Counted from the first letter of the stretch, positions 34,990 to 48,911 are shown. The stretch is 64,000 bases of DNA from Octopus sinensis (GCF_006345805.1 NW_021833239.1:1-64000), one strand, 5' to 3'. The notes: generated by a model not told the origin, from the letters alone. Numbers and translations are program-made.

Positions 34990-35530
34990 TTGTGAGCAGG
35001 TATGATAGAGAGTTTAATGAAAGGACCAAGAGCTACCGCGACTGTCTATCAACCCGATAGTCCGACTCGATTTGTTCCTTATTACTCCTAAGGAGCAAAG
35101 TGATGTACGAAGTTTTGGCCTGACGTTCAATAGCACTCACTAGTGGCTGTGAAACGTTGGCTAACTGTAAAGCCTCGATAATCCTTCCATGTGCTATACT
35201 ATCAAAAGTTTCTGGTAGTTTAGGCACACCACAGTTAAGTTCCTGTGATTTTTATTGTTTTTTTTTTCATGGATCATTTTGTTAATTAATTGCTGCTGTA
35301 TACATCCACACACCTTTCTTCTAGCATGCTCAGGCGTTATAATGTTGTTGTTGTTGGTAAAATGATCCTGCAAGGATACACTGGCACCCAGTGTATAATT
35401 TGTCAATGATGTTCTGTCAGGCAATTGGGCGGTAGCTTAGCAAAAATGTTGAGGCTATTTTGGTGGTATGAGGAGAGTAGTTGCATTTGATAACTCTTGG
35501 AGCAGTTCTTGTGTGTCCTTGATACTTTCT
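34990..35530 (-). mobile_element. R4/Dong-like LINE RT fragment
   Basis: Degenerate ...IITPEHARRKVCGCIQQQLINKMI...YQK.FDSIAHG.IIEALQL, homologous to the QKG..G..EQL.I/DY.KAYD region. Confidence 0.65.
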
Positions 35531-35827
35531 CCTTACAACCGTTGACAATATGCTTTTTGACCCTTATTTATGGGTCCATTATGTCTGACATTCTCATCTT
35601 GATCAAGATACATATAATTGTCACATGACTATAGAGGTTTTATTGTCAAGCCGTTCACTTTTAGGTTTTCAGAGAAGGACACAATTGTTCTGCGTCTTAT
35701 TGTCAAATAAACACATTTGAACTCACAAATTTCATTCCAATAGCGGTAGAAAATTGCGCTATGCGGTCCATACTTCTAACATAAGGGTATTCACATAGTG
35801 GTTTCCCTCTAATATGTATATATACAC

Positions 35828-35871
<44 letters not shown>

Positions 35872-35919
35872 GCATATATATACATACATAATACATATAT
35901 ATATATATATAATATATAT

Positions 35920-35953
<34 letters not shown>

Positions 35954-36049
35954 ATATATATATATATATACGCATATATACGCATATATACACACACATG
36001 CACACAGCCCGCTAACTATTCAGTATATACTTATATAAAGTGTGGGTAT

Positions 36050-37740
36050 AGGGGTATAACTACCTACTACGTATATTTCCTATTTGCTACTGGGGATGTT
36101 ACATTTATGAGGACGTACACCTGTATTTGTCTGAGTGTTGTGTCCTTCGGGTGCTTGGATAAAATGCGGATGTCAAGTTGATCCAGGTTGCCTCCATGAT
36201 GGTCTTTGGCATGTTGGTAGAGCATGGAGGACTGTTTTTTGTTATCATATTGTCTCAAATGTTCATTTAGTCTTTCCGTAATGCTCCTCGCTACCTTGCC
36301 TATGTATATCATGTTTTTGTCTTTACAAGCACCTTCTATGCGCCTTATGCTGTAGACTACATTTCTAGTTCTACAATTAATGCCAGGGTTAATCCTACAC
36401 ACCATGCAGTTATCATTAGTGCATGTGGTATTCTCAAAGGTGTAAGTCCTACATAGTTGTGATCTGATGGAGCTCCCTGGTTTTTCAACGATCTTAATGT
36501 TGAGTTTGGTCTCCTTCAGAGCTTTCCTAAATCTACGGGCTAGGTTTCCATGACATGTGGCCTCTACAAACATCGTTCCTTGATATTTGTCGGTCTTGTA
36601 CCACGTGTTTGCTTTGTCATAAACTCTTTGTATTTTATTCCAGTCTTTATTTCTATATCTAGGGCAAGCACCACTGGTTTAATTACATAGAATGTTATCA
36701 AACTTCTTTCTAGCACCCCTGTATACCCGAACCCTGTCTTTCTGATCATATTCAGAGAATTGCATGCGGTGCATGAAGTTCTGTACATATTTCTTTGCTT
36801 CATAGGGTCTGCATAGAGGGGACACATTATCCTAACTAAGTCTGTTACTATTATGCTGATTTTCATGTTGTGTGACAAAGCTGAGTTCTTGTGAACAACA
36901 TATTTCGAAGCTATGGGTTCCATGTAATAGCAGTGGAGGAGCTACACTCCGTTGTTCACATCTCTAACCAAAGTTCAGAACCAAAGACCGGGAGTTTATT
37001 GTCAGAGTGCCTAGTGGGGTAATCTATAGTTACCTTGATTCTTTGGTGGATGGAGTTAGCTACATGCTGGATTCTCTCCATTATGTTCCTTTCAGTTTCT
37101 ACATTACCGTTACTAGAGTTGGTCTTAACTAGAATTTTAATGTCGTCTACATACTTACAGTAAAGTAAAAGAGTTGTGGATTGTTCTGTTAAGGATTGTT
37201 TAAGTTTTCTGTCCCACCAGGTCATGTAGAGGCCGGCCTCATCCTCAGCTATACCGACACCAATGGCTGCCCTTGAACCTGCGTGTATAGTTTTCTGTTA
37301 AACGTTACTATGTGGTTCTTCAAGATGATTCTTATGCTAACCCCTGTTGTATTATGCAATCATTCTTATCATCTGATTGTTGTTCTCAGGGTCTTGGGTG
37401 GGATTAGTCCAGCCACTCCAGCGCTCTGCGGTGCTTTTCTTCACTGCTGAGGTGGTCTTTCCCTTTGTGACCTCCTAGGGCAGAATCTACCAAAGTCATG
37501 GTTGTCTAGATAGTTACTGTCATAGCTTAGTTTGTGGAGGCTCAGTTCCTCACGGAACTCTACTTCACTCTCACAGATAATTTCAAGGCATTTTTCTACA
37601 ACAAAAATTTATGTCTATAGATGGGTAGAGTGAAATTACAACCATACTACCTACTACACAAACTGTGAGGTCGTTAAAGTGGTTGTAACTACTGATTCTA
37701 CTGAGTAGATCCTCCGTGCTCACACAGACATCTGGGGACA
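36050..37740 (-). mobile_element. Penelope-like retroelement (RT plus GIY-YIG), probably Naiad-like, degenerate
   Basis: SLYPSID, LYTQVQG/AAIGVGIA...LYMTWWD, YCKYVDD, KLPV, then C..DNC.VC...CRTRNVVY...YIG...RLNEH. Confidence 0.85.
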
Positions 37741-38686
37741 TTTCAAAGAAATAGGAAGTATCTCCTTTTATTCTTCCATACTATTAGGAAAAATACATGT
37801 TATTCAAACGATTTATTCAGAAAAATCCTTATTCTCACTAGTATTATAAAACAAAAACTATTAATCATGGCTAAAGAGCAAAAAAAAAATTTTTTAATAC
37901 TTTATCCTCACAAGGCCAATACATAGTATCATAATTTACATATTATAAATTACACTGTATTCATTATTTACAACCACCCATAGTAAAAATGCAATTAAAA
38001 ATTAAAATTTACGTAGTTTCATTAAGAAAATAACTTTCGATAAAATAAATATAACCATAAATATATGGTATCAAAATATTGTATTATTATAATAGAAATT
38101 TACTAAAGTCATTCAAAAAGTCCCTTAACTATTTATTCAAAAGTTCGTTTATTTTAAACAATTTTATAAAAATACGGTTATCTACTACCTATACTAATGT
38201 TTACATAAAAAAATAAACAAATAAATATAAATAAATGATCAAAATGTTACTTACAGTGGCTTGAAAAAGTCTACATCCCCTTTGAAGATTTATATATTTT
38301 GTATAATTTAACAAGGAACAACACATTTTTTCAATTCCAATGATTGTTAAATAACAAGCAGATCCATCACACTTTCCTTTGATATAAAAATTACCTTTTA
38401 AAAATTTCATACTGATTCTTAAAATCATTTAACTTAGAAAAATGTCTTTGCAAAAGTCTACACCCCACCACCAGATATTATACTGTGTTATCAGATAGTT
38501 TGTATACAATCCAAAACAATCAAAAGTGACATGTGCGTTCTACCATAACAAACAAACTTGGCCTGTCTGTTATTTTGCTATATAAGGTGATTTAACTGCC
38601 TACAAAATCATTCACCACATGGTTTTTGGGTATGTTGGTCTTTGGAATCTGACTGTAAACACAAGGTTTCCGACTCGGGAAAGAAA

Positions 38687-39651
38687 ATGGGCAAGCCTCT
38701 GTCTCAGGAACTTAAAAACCTTATTATTCAAAAGTACAATGAAAATAATGGCTATAAAAAGATTGCAAAACCTTTAGAATTGCCCATAAGCACTGTTAAA
38801 ACTGTAGTTAAGAAGTGGTTAGTGCACAAAACCACTGCTACCCTACCAAGATCTGGGGGACCGAGCAAACTTACCAGAAAAGCAAAGTCAAAACTGGTCC
38901 GGGAGACAAACTCCAACCCTAGTGCAACACTGGAAGACTTGAAAGCTTCAGTTTCCAGTACTGGGACAGATGTCCATGCATCTACAATTTCCAGAGTATT
39001 GCACCGGTCTGGCCTGCAAGGGAGGGTAGCTAGAAAAAAAGCCCCTTCTGAAGTCTTTACACAAGCAAGCTAGGCTAAACTTTGCCAAAAGTCACATTAA
39101 TGATTCCATGACCGTGTGGCGAAAGATTTTGTGGTCAGATAAGACCAAAGTCGAGTTATTTGGCGGAAAAAAGGCACTGCTCACCAACCTCGTTACACCG
39201 CCCCCAGTGTAAAGACGGCGGTGGCTCGATCATGCTTTTCAGCTGCTTTTCAGCTGCAGGGCCTGGAGAGTTGGTAACCATCCAAGGTATCATGGACAGT
39301 GTCAAGTACCAAGAAATATTGGAGGCAAACCTGCTGAAGTCTGCTAGAGCTCTGCGCTTGGGTCGCAATTTCAAGTTTCAACAAGATAACGACCTCAAGC
39401 ATGTGTCAAAAAGCACTGAAGCTTGGTTTGCTAGCAAGAAAATCACTGACCTCAATCCTATAGAAAATCTATGGCGAAATCTAAAGCTGGCTGTGCACCG
39501 ACGTTCCCTATCCAATCTGACACAGCTCGAGAAGTTCTGCCATGAAGAATGGCGAAAACTGACAGCAGACCACTGCAGCAAGCTCCTGGAAGGCTACTCG
39601 AGGCGTCTACAGGCTGTAACTGACGCAGCAGGATCATCCACAAAGTCTTAG
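38687..39651 (+). pseudogene. Tc1 DD34E transposase, frameshifted
   Basis: MGKPLSQELK paired-like HTH, PRSGGP (GRP-like), SDKTK, FQQDND..H, DLNPIENLW; frameshifts near 39045 and 39160. Confidence 0.92.
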
Positions 39652-39716
39652 CTGAAAACATTCCAAAGGGAGTGTAGACTTTTGAAAAGAATTTTTTCAA
39701 AATTATCTTTGTTTAA

Positions 39717-39937
39717 CCCTTTAGCATTTAAACAAGCCATATCCGGCCAAAAGTATTCTGCCTGTTTTATGTTCAAACTGGCCAGATCTGGTCTCTCACA
39801 CCAACCCTACAATATCGTTTTAAAAATTAACAGCTACCTCATCAAAGACTCATAGCTACAAGATAAAGCATGATTAGTTCAAAACAATGTGGATGAAGAG
39901 GCATTAATTTTGGCAGAATAATGCAAACACTAAAGAG
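39717..39937. mobile_element. piggyBac-type MITE nested in the Tc1 right ITR
   Basis: TTAA|ccctttag ... ctaaagag|TTAA, 221 bp. Confidence 0.75.
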
Positions 39938-40208
39938 TTAAGAATCAGTTTTAAATTTTTCAAATGTATTTTGTGTATTAAATAAAAGTGTAACATAACT
40001 GGTTATTAAAACAAATTATTGGAGTTTAAAATATTAATATCAAAATAAACAAAATACATCCAGTTTCCAAGGTGGGTGTACACTTTTGCAAGACACTGTA
40101 GTTTTTCAGAGGAAAATAACTTACTGTAAAACAATATGTTTATAATTTTTATGGATTCATACTTTCGAAAGAACAGAACAGGAGATGTATAATTTCATAA
40201 TAGAAATT

Positions 40209-40270
<62 letters not shown>

Positions 40271-40327
40271 GTATGTATGTAAGTATGTATGCATACATAC
40301 ATATATGTATGTATATATACATATATA

Positions 40328-40640
40328 TACTCTTTTACTTGTTTCAGTCATGTGACTGTGGCCTTGCTGGAGCACCGCTTTTAGTCGAGCAAATCAACCC
40401 CAGGACATATTCTTTGTAAGCCTGGTACTTATTCTATCGGTCTCTTTTGCCGAACCGCTAAGTTACGGGGACGTAAACACACCAGCATCGGTTCTCAAGC
40501 GATGTTGGTGGGAGGGAGAACAAACACAGACACAAACATATACACACACATAAATATACATTTACATATATACGACGGGCTTCTTTCAGTTTCCGTCTAC
40601 CAAATCCACTCACAAGGCTTTGGTCGGCTCGAGGCTATAA
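40328..40640 (-). mobile_element. CORE-type SINE
   Basis: Reverse complement of the 63028-63448 family. Confidence 0.82.
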
Positions 40641-40979
40641 TACGCACACACACACACATATGTATATACATATATGTATGTATATATACATATATATGCA
40701 TATATATATATATATAATAAAATCAATTCATGTTTTTCGATTATTTATAGTTAACACACGTATTTTTCTATATTAATTTGATAATTAGTATAACTTAAGT
40801 ACATTTATTCTATTATTATTATTATTATTATTATTGTTGTTGTTGTTGTTGTTGTTGTTATTTTAGGCCTGATGAGTGACTATATTTTTAAATAGAATTA
40901 ATTTTAAATCGATTAATTTTAATTCGAATTGATTTTATTGTTATCTATTTGAACATATATATATATATATATATATATA

Positions 40980-41868
40980 CAACCTTCGACAGAGTAACAG
41001 TCATATATTCAACTTGAAGAGACACACATATCAATACATAAACACATCTTTACATGTACATACAAGTCGCTTCTTAAATTTCCCACCTTTCTTCTTCAAT
41101 AAACATTGAATTAAACCTTGCAAAGCTGTTTATTTTCTCCTTTCGATTTTTGATGTTTATTTTAGCGAGCTACCAAACTGAGAGTTTGGTCTTCCGGCTA
41201 AAACGGTTATGACAAATTTTAAAGTTTGTTTGACATTTTGTAAATGTGAAAGGGATTAAAATTTCGATACTTCGTATCAAATGTTCCGACAAGAATAGGC
41301 GGAAAATCAGAGCTTAAGACAAGAAGACACTTTCGTCCAATCAGAATTCTGTTCACATAATCAGTTTGGTCGGTCATCTTCATTTGTCAGTTGAATAAAG
41401 TGTCATCCAAGCTGACGTTTATTGGTAATTAAATTTAATTTGCAATACCTGTGCGTATTTATCATCTTTGTTTTTATTGATAATTCTTATCATCAACTTT
41501 TCCTGTGATCGTGATTTGAGAAGACACAACAGTATGCTAAAGATCGGACATAATTTCTGTGAGCAAGAAATGTTAAATAAAGTTTATTATAAACAACACA
41601 AACTCTTTGTAATTTAATAGCTTTTAATGTGATACCTGTTAAACAGAAATTATTTTTATCTGATGAAAATGTAATAAAATCTAACCATAAGTAAGTGAAA
41701 TGATGCTAAATACAACTAAATTGGAAACCTTTTTCCCCTGGCCAAAGCGGCAATTCTGAAAACTTTTTGGTGCGAATTTTACACGAGTAGAAGCTTTTTT
41801 TTATAATTTTTATCCCGAAAATCACCTGCGTAAATTACACAGGTGCGCAAATTACACTCGTCTTTTCC

Positions 41869-41900
<32 letters not shown>

Positions 41901-43095
41901 ACCCTCTCACTCTCTCTCCCTCACACACACACTCTCCCTCTTTCGTTTTCTTAATATATTAAGAAATGGTGGCCTAGCTACAGTGTGTGTCACCCGGGGT
42001 AGCCTTTGAGTTTGAAACTCCCTGACCCTATATTCAGGCATATACAATATACCCAAAAGTGCCATCCCCATAAAAGAGTCCTTCCCCATAAAAGAGTCCT
42101 TCCCCATAAAAGAGTCCTTCCTCATAAAAGTGTCACTCGGTTTGAATCACTTCCGTACCCTCCCATTTAGCTATGTTATCCCCATTTAGCATCTTTTATG
42201 TTTTATGTTTTACTTGTTTTAGTCATTAAACTGCGGCCATGCTGGGGCATCGCCTTGAGGAATTTTTAAAAGAATGAATCGACCACAGTAGTTAAGTTTT
42301 CTTTTAAAACCTTGTACTATCGCAATGAAAGTTTCTCTAGATTAAAATATAAAACATGAAATGAAATCATTTCCAGTTAGTGATATGTTACATTGGAAAG
42401 AGTCTCACATGACACAGATTTACTTTCACCGTTCTGATATTCAAAAACCATGACAATTACTGACAGTCCGATAAAACATAATCCCGAAATAATAAAAAAA
42501 ATACTAAGTCCAATGGTTGCATTGTATTTCCATTCTTTTTTATTCCCTCTATCTTTGGTGTAACGGTAGAGGCAGATAGCTGAAAGTCAACCAGAAACAT
42601 AAAAAAAATTAATCAAGCTACAATACACGGGAGAAAAAAATGTGAAGTTTATATAATAATCATTACACAGTATAACATAATTAAACTTTTTTTTTTTGTC
42701 TTCAGTCAGTTAGTGTTGTTTCATATTTGCTTCTATCTTTGAATTAAAGGAAATAACTACTATTGCCTTCAGACCTTGCTTTTGTGACTTAGACATCAAT
42801 ATAGAAACTCGTCAACTTCAATTTCTATCTAGACAGAGGTTACCAAATATTAAAGGATTAACTTTTATTTAGCATTTTCATATTTTGGAAGTTTTTGATG
42901 CAAAATCTTGTGTTGAAGGATCTATTATACTTTCTACGTTGTGTATAAATGTGCTTCTCGCAAGGAGAGGCAACTTAAATTTCATACTCCCGCAGAAACA
43001 GAAAAAATGCTTCCAAAATATACGCAGCAACGAGTAAGAAGCCAGAAGAATGGCAACAGCCACTTGCACGTCTCAGACCTTTATAAAGATTCTCT
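40980..43095 (-). repeat. Segmental duplication, inverted copy of about 23230-25290 (last exon plus 3' flank)
   Basis: Colinear reverse-complement similarity. An 18-bp unit (aaggactcttttatgggg) is x3 here and x1 at about 24135. Confidence 0.9.
42377..42579 (-). CDS. SLC38A7: SLC38A7-like copy B, last exon (exon 9)
   Basis: ctttcag| acceptor, phase 1, 203 nt to TAA. AICLYRYTKDRGNKKEWKYNATIGLSIFFIISGLCFIGLSVIVMVFEYQN... matches SLC38A7 GLCLIQ...LGAFIFG. Confidence 0.88.
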
Positions 43096-43479
43096 ATTAT
43101 ATGGGTAAATGGTTGACTCGAATTCGAGTCAAGAACGTACCGGTTCATCGAGATTCGGCAAGAGAATTAGCCATTCTCGAGGAGATTATCCACCCATATC
43201 TCAACAGGACTGGAATTCTTATGGAATTCTAGTTATTATTTTCTCTAGAAGAAATAAATCGTATACCGATTTTTCTGTTTCGAGGAATGCAAGAAGATGC
43301 CGGTGATCATAGAGGCGGAAAAATCCCAATTGCTTAATGAGAGGGTATACTAAGCCTTTTCGCCTGTTGTAGAGAAAGCACGATGCTATTATTATTATTA
43401 TTATTATTGTTGCTGTTGTTGTTTTGATTCTCGCTGTTCTATTTACGGTTGTTCTCTGCTTGAAAGCAAGCAATAACAA

Positions 43480-43713
43480 ATCACCAAAGGTTTCAAGCAG
43501 TGCCTTCTCCTGTGATTAAGAGAGACAATACTCTTCTTAGAATGCGAGCTGTACTCAACAATGCTGTCTTATGGTCCACTTCGAGCTTGGCAGCAGTTCC
43601 AATATTCTTAGTATGTTTTTCAAAGCTCTTGGAAACTGCTCCCATTGCTCCAATTACCACCAGTATCACCATTACCTTCCTCATGCCCCACAGTTCTCTT
43701 AACTCGTCCCACA

Positions 43714-43715
<2 letters not shown>
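43480..43715 (-). mobile_element. R4/Dong-like LINE 3' end (RLE endonuclease C-terminus)
   Basis: ELRELW..KVMVILVVIGAMG...KTALLSTARILRRVL; bounded by a (TAA)n tract. Confidence 0.75.
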
Positions 43716-43750
<35 letters not shown>

Positions 43751-43789
43751 TATTATTATTATTATTATTATACACACAACAGATTAGAC

Positions 43790-46010
43790 TGTTAGCAAAG
43801 AAAAATTCCTAACATCGAACTACAACAGGTAACCTTAAATGCCAAGAACCCTCCTAACCATCCTCGCCATTCCTAATAACACTGTTTTCTGGAACTGTAC
43901 TAAATTAGGTTTTATCTCTAATTCCTTTATCCATCTGTTGAAAACTTAAGGGATAGTCCCTAATGCACCTATAACTACTGGGATGCATTTTACTCGCACT
44001 TTCCATAGTTTCTGTAATTCTATGGCTAGGTCCTGCTACTTTCCTGCTTTTTCTATACCTCTCATTGAATTTTTCATCATTTGAGACTGTAAAGTCAATT
44101 ATCTGGCATATTCTATTCTCTTTATCTACAACTACGAAATTAGGCTTTGTAACTTCTATTACTCTTCAGTCTGAATGTTAAAGTCCCCCAACACCTTATA
44201 TTTCTGACTTTCTAGTAGTTTATTAGGTTCGTGTTTATACCATTCATCAGTATGGTCAGATCCAAGCTTTCTACATAACTCTCATTGTTGTCATGTCTTT
44301 TCTGTATTCGTTCTGTGCCAGCGTACTATATTCACTTACTATATGAGTAACGCTTTCCTCTATTGATTTGCATAAACTACATTGGAAATCTACTTGACTT
44401 TTGTCCATCTCGGCCTTTGTCTAGTTAGTCCTTAATGCTTCCTTACCCTTCCGATATACTCTTCAATTTTCATTTTCATTTTCATTTTCATTTTCATTTC
44501 TATAGTTAGTACTATGTCAGATTTTAATATTCCTAGATACTTATAACACTTTTAATGATTTTAATGTCTGACCATCTGGTAATTGGATACGTAACTGTTG
44601 ACTACATGTCCCCTTTTCATGACTAATATTGCACACTTATCCATGCCAAAATCCATGCCTATATCTTTGCTGAAGAATGTTACAGTCTGTATTAAGGAAT
44701 CTATCCCTTTTACATTCTTACTAAAAAGCTTCAGATCATCCATGTAGAACAAATGGTTAGTTTTTGCCTTACTATTTCTGAACTGATGCCTTGCCTTTGT
44801 CTTCCTTAATACTAAACTGAGAAGGATCAAACATAAGACAAATATTAAAGAGGATAACGAGTCTCCTTGGAAAATTCCTCTCGATATTAATCTTTCTTAA
44901 AACTGAGTAGAGATCTACTTTCCATTTCTTCATGCTAAAGCTAATTAATTCTCTTATGTTGTTTGCTTTGCTGAATATACTCAAACATTCATTTATACAT
45001 GAGTGTGAGATCATGTCATAAGCGTTCTTGTAGTCTTCCCATGCTATTGTTCTTTCTAGCTTTTATTTCATTTCGAATTTCTTCATTGACCATACGTTCT
45101 TCTAGCATTCTTCCTGTAACCTTTCTGTTCTTCTGGCAGTAAAGTCTTGTTACCAAGGAGCTCGTAAATGCTTTCTGAAAGCATTCCAGTCAACAGCTTC
45201 AACACTAATGGTAAGCTAGTGATTGGTCTATAATTGCTTGCTGTATTACATTAGCTTTTATCTTTCATAAGGAGTATTGTTCTTCCTCTGGTCATCCAAT
45301 CTGGTATTATTCTTACATTAAGGCAATACTGAAGTTGTTCCCTCAGCCTCCCATGTAAACTACTAAATTTCTTTAACCAGTACCCTTGAACTAAATCTGG
45401 TCCTAGGTCCTTCCATTTCGGCATTTTTCCTAATACTTTACTCATTAATGCAATAGTTAGTCTTAGATCTGGCTGCTGCTTCTTACTCACTACTTCTGCC
45501 CTCACTTTTTAAAACCATATTGCATCTCCAAATATTACTCCAGAAGGTTCTAGCTTCTTCTATATTATATTTCTCATTTTCAGTACTTTCTTCTCCATTA
45601 TTCATTTAGTTATAAAATCTACTCTGGTCTGTCTCAAATAATCTATTCTGTTGATACTGATCTATTCTTTTCTGATATCTGGAAAGCTTATCTGCTACTG
45701 CTATGATACGTTGTTTCACCTCTTCTATGAGCGTTCCAAATCCTTTCTCTTTGAGTAAGTATCTTTTCTCAAGAGATTTAAATCTTGTGTTTCCTAGATT
45801 ATTCAGTTTCCAGGCTTCTATTCTACTCAGATCTTGTCTTAAAATCTTCACTTTATTTTGTAATCTCCTTTTTCACATTTGCTCTTTTCTAATCTTTCCT
45901 TGTAGAATATCTAATCTTCTAGTAACTACAACTCCTCCCATATATATCAATATGTTAGTGTCTCCTATATTTTTAGTGTTGTTTGTCTTTCCTACTGCCT
46001 CTTTGGTGAT
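43790..46010 (-). mobile_element. R4/Dong-like RLE non-LTR retrotransposon, decayed
   Basis: WKDLGPDLVQGYWLK, NYRPITSL, LLPEEQKG, HLFYMDDLKL, DIGMDFGMDKC, then KVLGDFNIQTE/KPNFVV.D endonuclease motifs; the 3' end abuts (TAA)n. Confidence 0.85.
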
Positions 46011-47487
46011 GTGAAACAAGATAACAAACTACACCCAAGTAGGCTACAGAAGTCAAAGAGCTGAAATGAGCATTGCAAAGTGATTCGTTTTAAAATCTTG
46101 CCAATTTACCATCTTGGATAAGTAATATTTTTTTTTAATGGACACCAGTATTCTTTGATAATGTATTTAGTAGCTCTATGTCTATCTGTTTGTCTGTCAT
46201 AATTCAGTTTATTTCAAGATTTCTTGTTAATAGAAAAAAAGCCGGTTTTTAACCTAGAGCCAAAGCTCATTCACTGAAATTTGAACATCAACAGGGTATT
46301 TCTGCATGTGTATGCATACATGTGCAGTATTTGGAGTCAGTACATGTACAGATTTGTATATTTTGTTTTATGTGTGTATTCTCAGACATATAATTGCATG
46401 TCTAGACATGAACATAACTATTTAACTGATAAACTTCTGGAAAGTTTTACAGACTCATAGTTCCAGTGATGGCTTGGATCTGTAGTCTTCGGATCAGCTT
46501 TCTCCTTTCTGATTATAGAAGCTTAATTTCTCAAGATTGGTACATAGGCAGTGTGTTATCTATCTTAGCGCCCCAATAATTATAGGTATTAATGTGAACT
46601 TATAATCTGGGTAGAGTAACTGTAGATTTCCCAATAGTTCAGCGTAGGTATTTTCTTTTTCTCTGATCATTAGCTTCATGTTAACATCTGCCGAGCAGTT
46701 GATTTCCACCACTATGTATGTATGTGGAGTCTGTGATAAAGGATGTGAGATTTGTGCTTTATGAACGAGAAAAATAGTTGCTGTGCTTTCTGTGTTGTTC
46801 TTGATTTTAGATTCTGTTCAGCACTAACGAAGAAGACTTTTGATTAAAGGTGCTCCAAAAATGATAATATCGTGTTTTTGTATAGGAACTGCATTATTCA
46901 ATATATTTATTTCAGGCCGCAGAGTGTGGCTTATGAAAAATTTGGTTGCTATTTCTAGTAGAGTAAGCGATCACGTAGAAGCTCTCTCGCTAGTTAGTGA
47001 TTTTAATACAAGTTGGTGTATGAAATCAAGTTTGCAGCAAATATGCTAACTGTATGACGAATTTAATTTGAATTTAGCTATAAAACTGATTCTATGGTGT
47101 AATGGTTATCACTTTGGGCTCTGAATCCAACAATCTGATTTCCAGTTTCGGTAGAACCTAATTTTTTCCACAGTGGCTTTCCTGCATGAGTGCAGATGCA
47201 TGGCCGAAATGCATCAAAAGAATAACGCATTGAATTTATTAACAGTAATTTAGGGTTGAATATAATTGGTTTCTGAATATTCTGCACAATTTTATATTTT
47301 CTTACATTTTTGACAAAAACTCAGAATCTCTTTCATAACACCACTGAAATGCGCTATAGCTTGTCTGGTGCTTTCTAGAATTAATACTGTATCACAAGAT
47401 GTTAAAAATTGGCAAAGAATTGCTTTAGGATATTTTAGACAACTTTTTCGGTAAGATACAAATAAAATATTTGGAAGCCAGACATAC

Positions 47488-47687
47488 CTGGGAGTATAAA
47501 CGTAAGGGTAGAGGCGAATGGTCCCAAAAATGAGATAAAATATCTAATATTTGATAATAACATAGCCATCAAAGTATTAGAGGCGATCCAGAACGATGTA
47601 ATTACGATAGTATGAATATTTTCTTTTCGTTCTGTTTCTTCATCGGAAAATTTCCAGTATTGACACCATAAGCTCCGGACAGCAGAT
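47488..47687 (-). CDS. SLC38A7: SLC38A7-like copy B, exon 8
   Basis: ttttcag| acceptor, G|gtatgt donor, 200 nt. SAVRSLWCQYWKFSDEE...SFWIASNTLMAMLLSNIRYFISFLGPFASTLTFILP matches SLC38A7 AVVEGLW...VISVIGGLAACFIFVFP. Confidence 0.92.
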
Positions 47688-47870
47688 CTGAAAAATACTA
47701 AAAGGGTTATAGGAACTTTTGACTGATTATTGAAAATGCAGAAAAAAAAAAAAGCAAAAACTTTTCGATAGGGTAATTCTTAGCCCACTCTTAAATTTCA
47801 ATTATATCACTCCAAATTCTAGAGCCAGCCATTGCCCACGATCGAGTATAGTTTGGTAAAATGTACCTAT

Positions 47871-48094
47871 TTCTTTATTACCCACAAGGGGCTAAACATA
47901 GAGGGGACAAACAAGGACAAACATAGATATTAAGTCAATTACATCGACCCCAGTGCGGAACCGGTACTTAATTTATCGACCCGAAAGGATGAAAGGAAAA
48001 GTCAACCTCGGCGGAATTTGAACTCAGAACGTAACGACAGACGAAATACCGCTAAGCATTTCATCCGGCGTGCTAACGTTTCTGCCAGCCCGCC
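47871..48094 (-). mobile_element. Meta-type SINE, near full length
   Basis: Nearly identical to 3027-3256. Confidence 0.85.
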
Positions 48095-48911
48095 GTTTGG
48101 CAACATGTACCATGCTTTCGCTAACTGTTTTAGGTGCCGGTGGAATCGTGAGCAGGTATAGATACCATCTCGACACTCTCACATTTGACTCAGCAACGCA
48201 TACACAATGTGACTACTGCAGAGAGATCGAGAGAACGACTTGCTCAAGGACATAACACTCCGTCCACTCTGACACTGAATGCACAATTTTATGATCGTGA
48301 ACCATTAGGTAACGCACCATAACTACTGATCTGACCAGAAAATATAATGTAACTTCATTTTATTGCCTTGACCATTAAGGTTTGTTAATCTAAAATTTAA
48401 CGTAATTTATTCCGTTATTAAATTTCAGTTACATACAAACTAAAACAAAATATTTACATTAGGATTAAAATGGCTCAATCGAATTACAGATTTTTTTAAA
48501 GTTATATTTTATGTTGTTTTTCAGAAAGTATTGCTTCCTCCATTGAACCAGAGAGCTCTGTTAAATGTTGAACAGAGTGATATACATAAATAATTTTCTC
48601 AACCGGCACAGAAAAATACTCCTACAAAACAGCTATTTGTAAGTAAAGACTTACAAATCAGTACAGCAGCAAGCTTTCAGTCAACCATGTCTACTTATAT
48701 GAGTTTCATTTCACAAGTAGAACTTCCTGTATCGATAAGTCGTTTTGGCCAAAACATATCGTTTTCTAGGAATGCTTACAAGTCTCGTCAATTAAATATA
48801 TTTTTATTTAGCAAAATATAGTCCTATCAGCAATAATAATTTAACAACTTCCAAAACATGCTAAGTGAACACTTATTCCACTTCAAAAATGCAATATACA
48901 TATATATATAT

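Larger units (their letters stand above)
38254..40098 (+). mobile_element. Tc1-family DNA transposon (IR/DR type), decayed
   Basis: TA|cagtggcttgaaaaagtctacatccc ... gggtgtacacttttgcaagacactg|TA. Inner copies of the terminal motif at about 38443-38466 and 39669-39690. Confidence 0.92.

Noticed and set aside
40866-40900. CTGATGA heptamer (also at about 34484 and 16269)
   Set aside because: No downstream stem II, GAAA or stem III geometry, so it is not a hammerhead.
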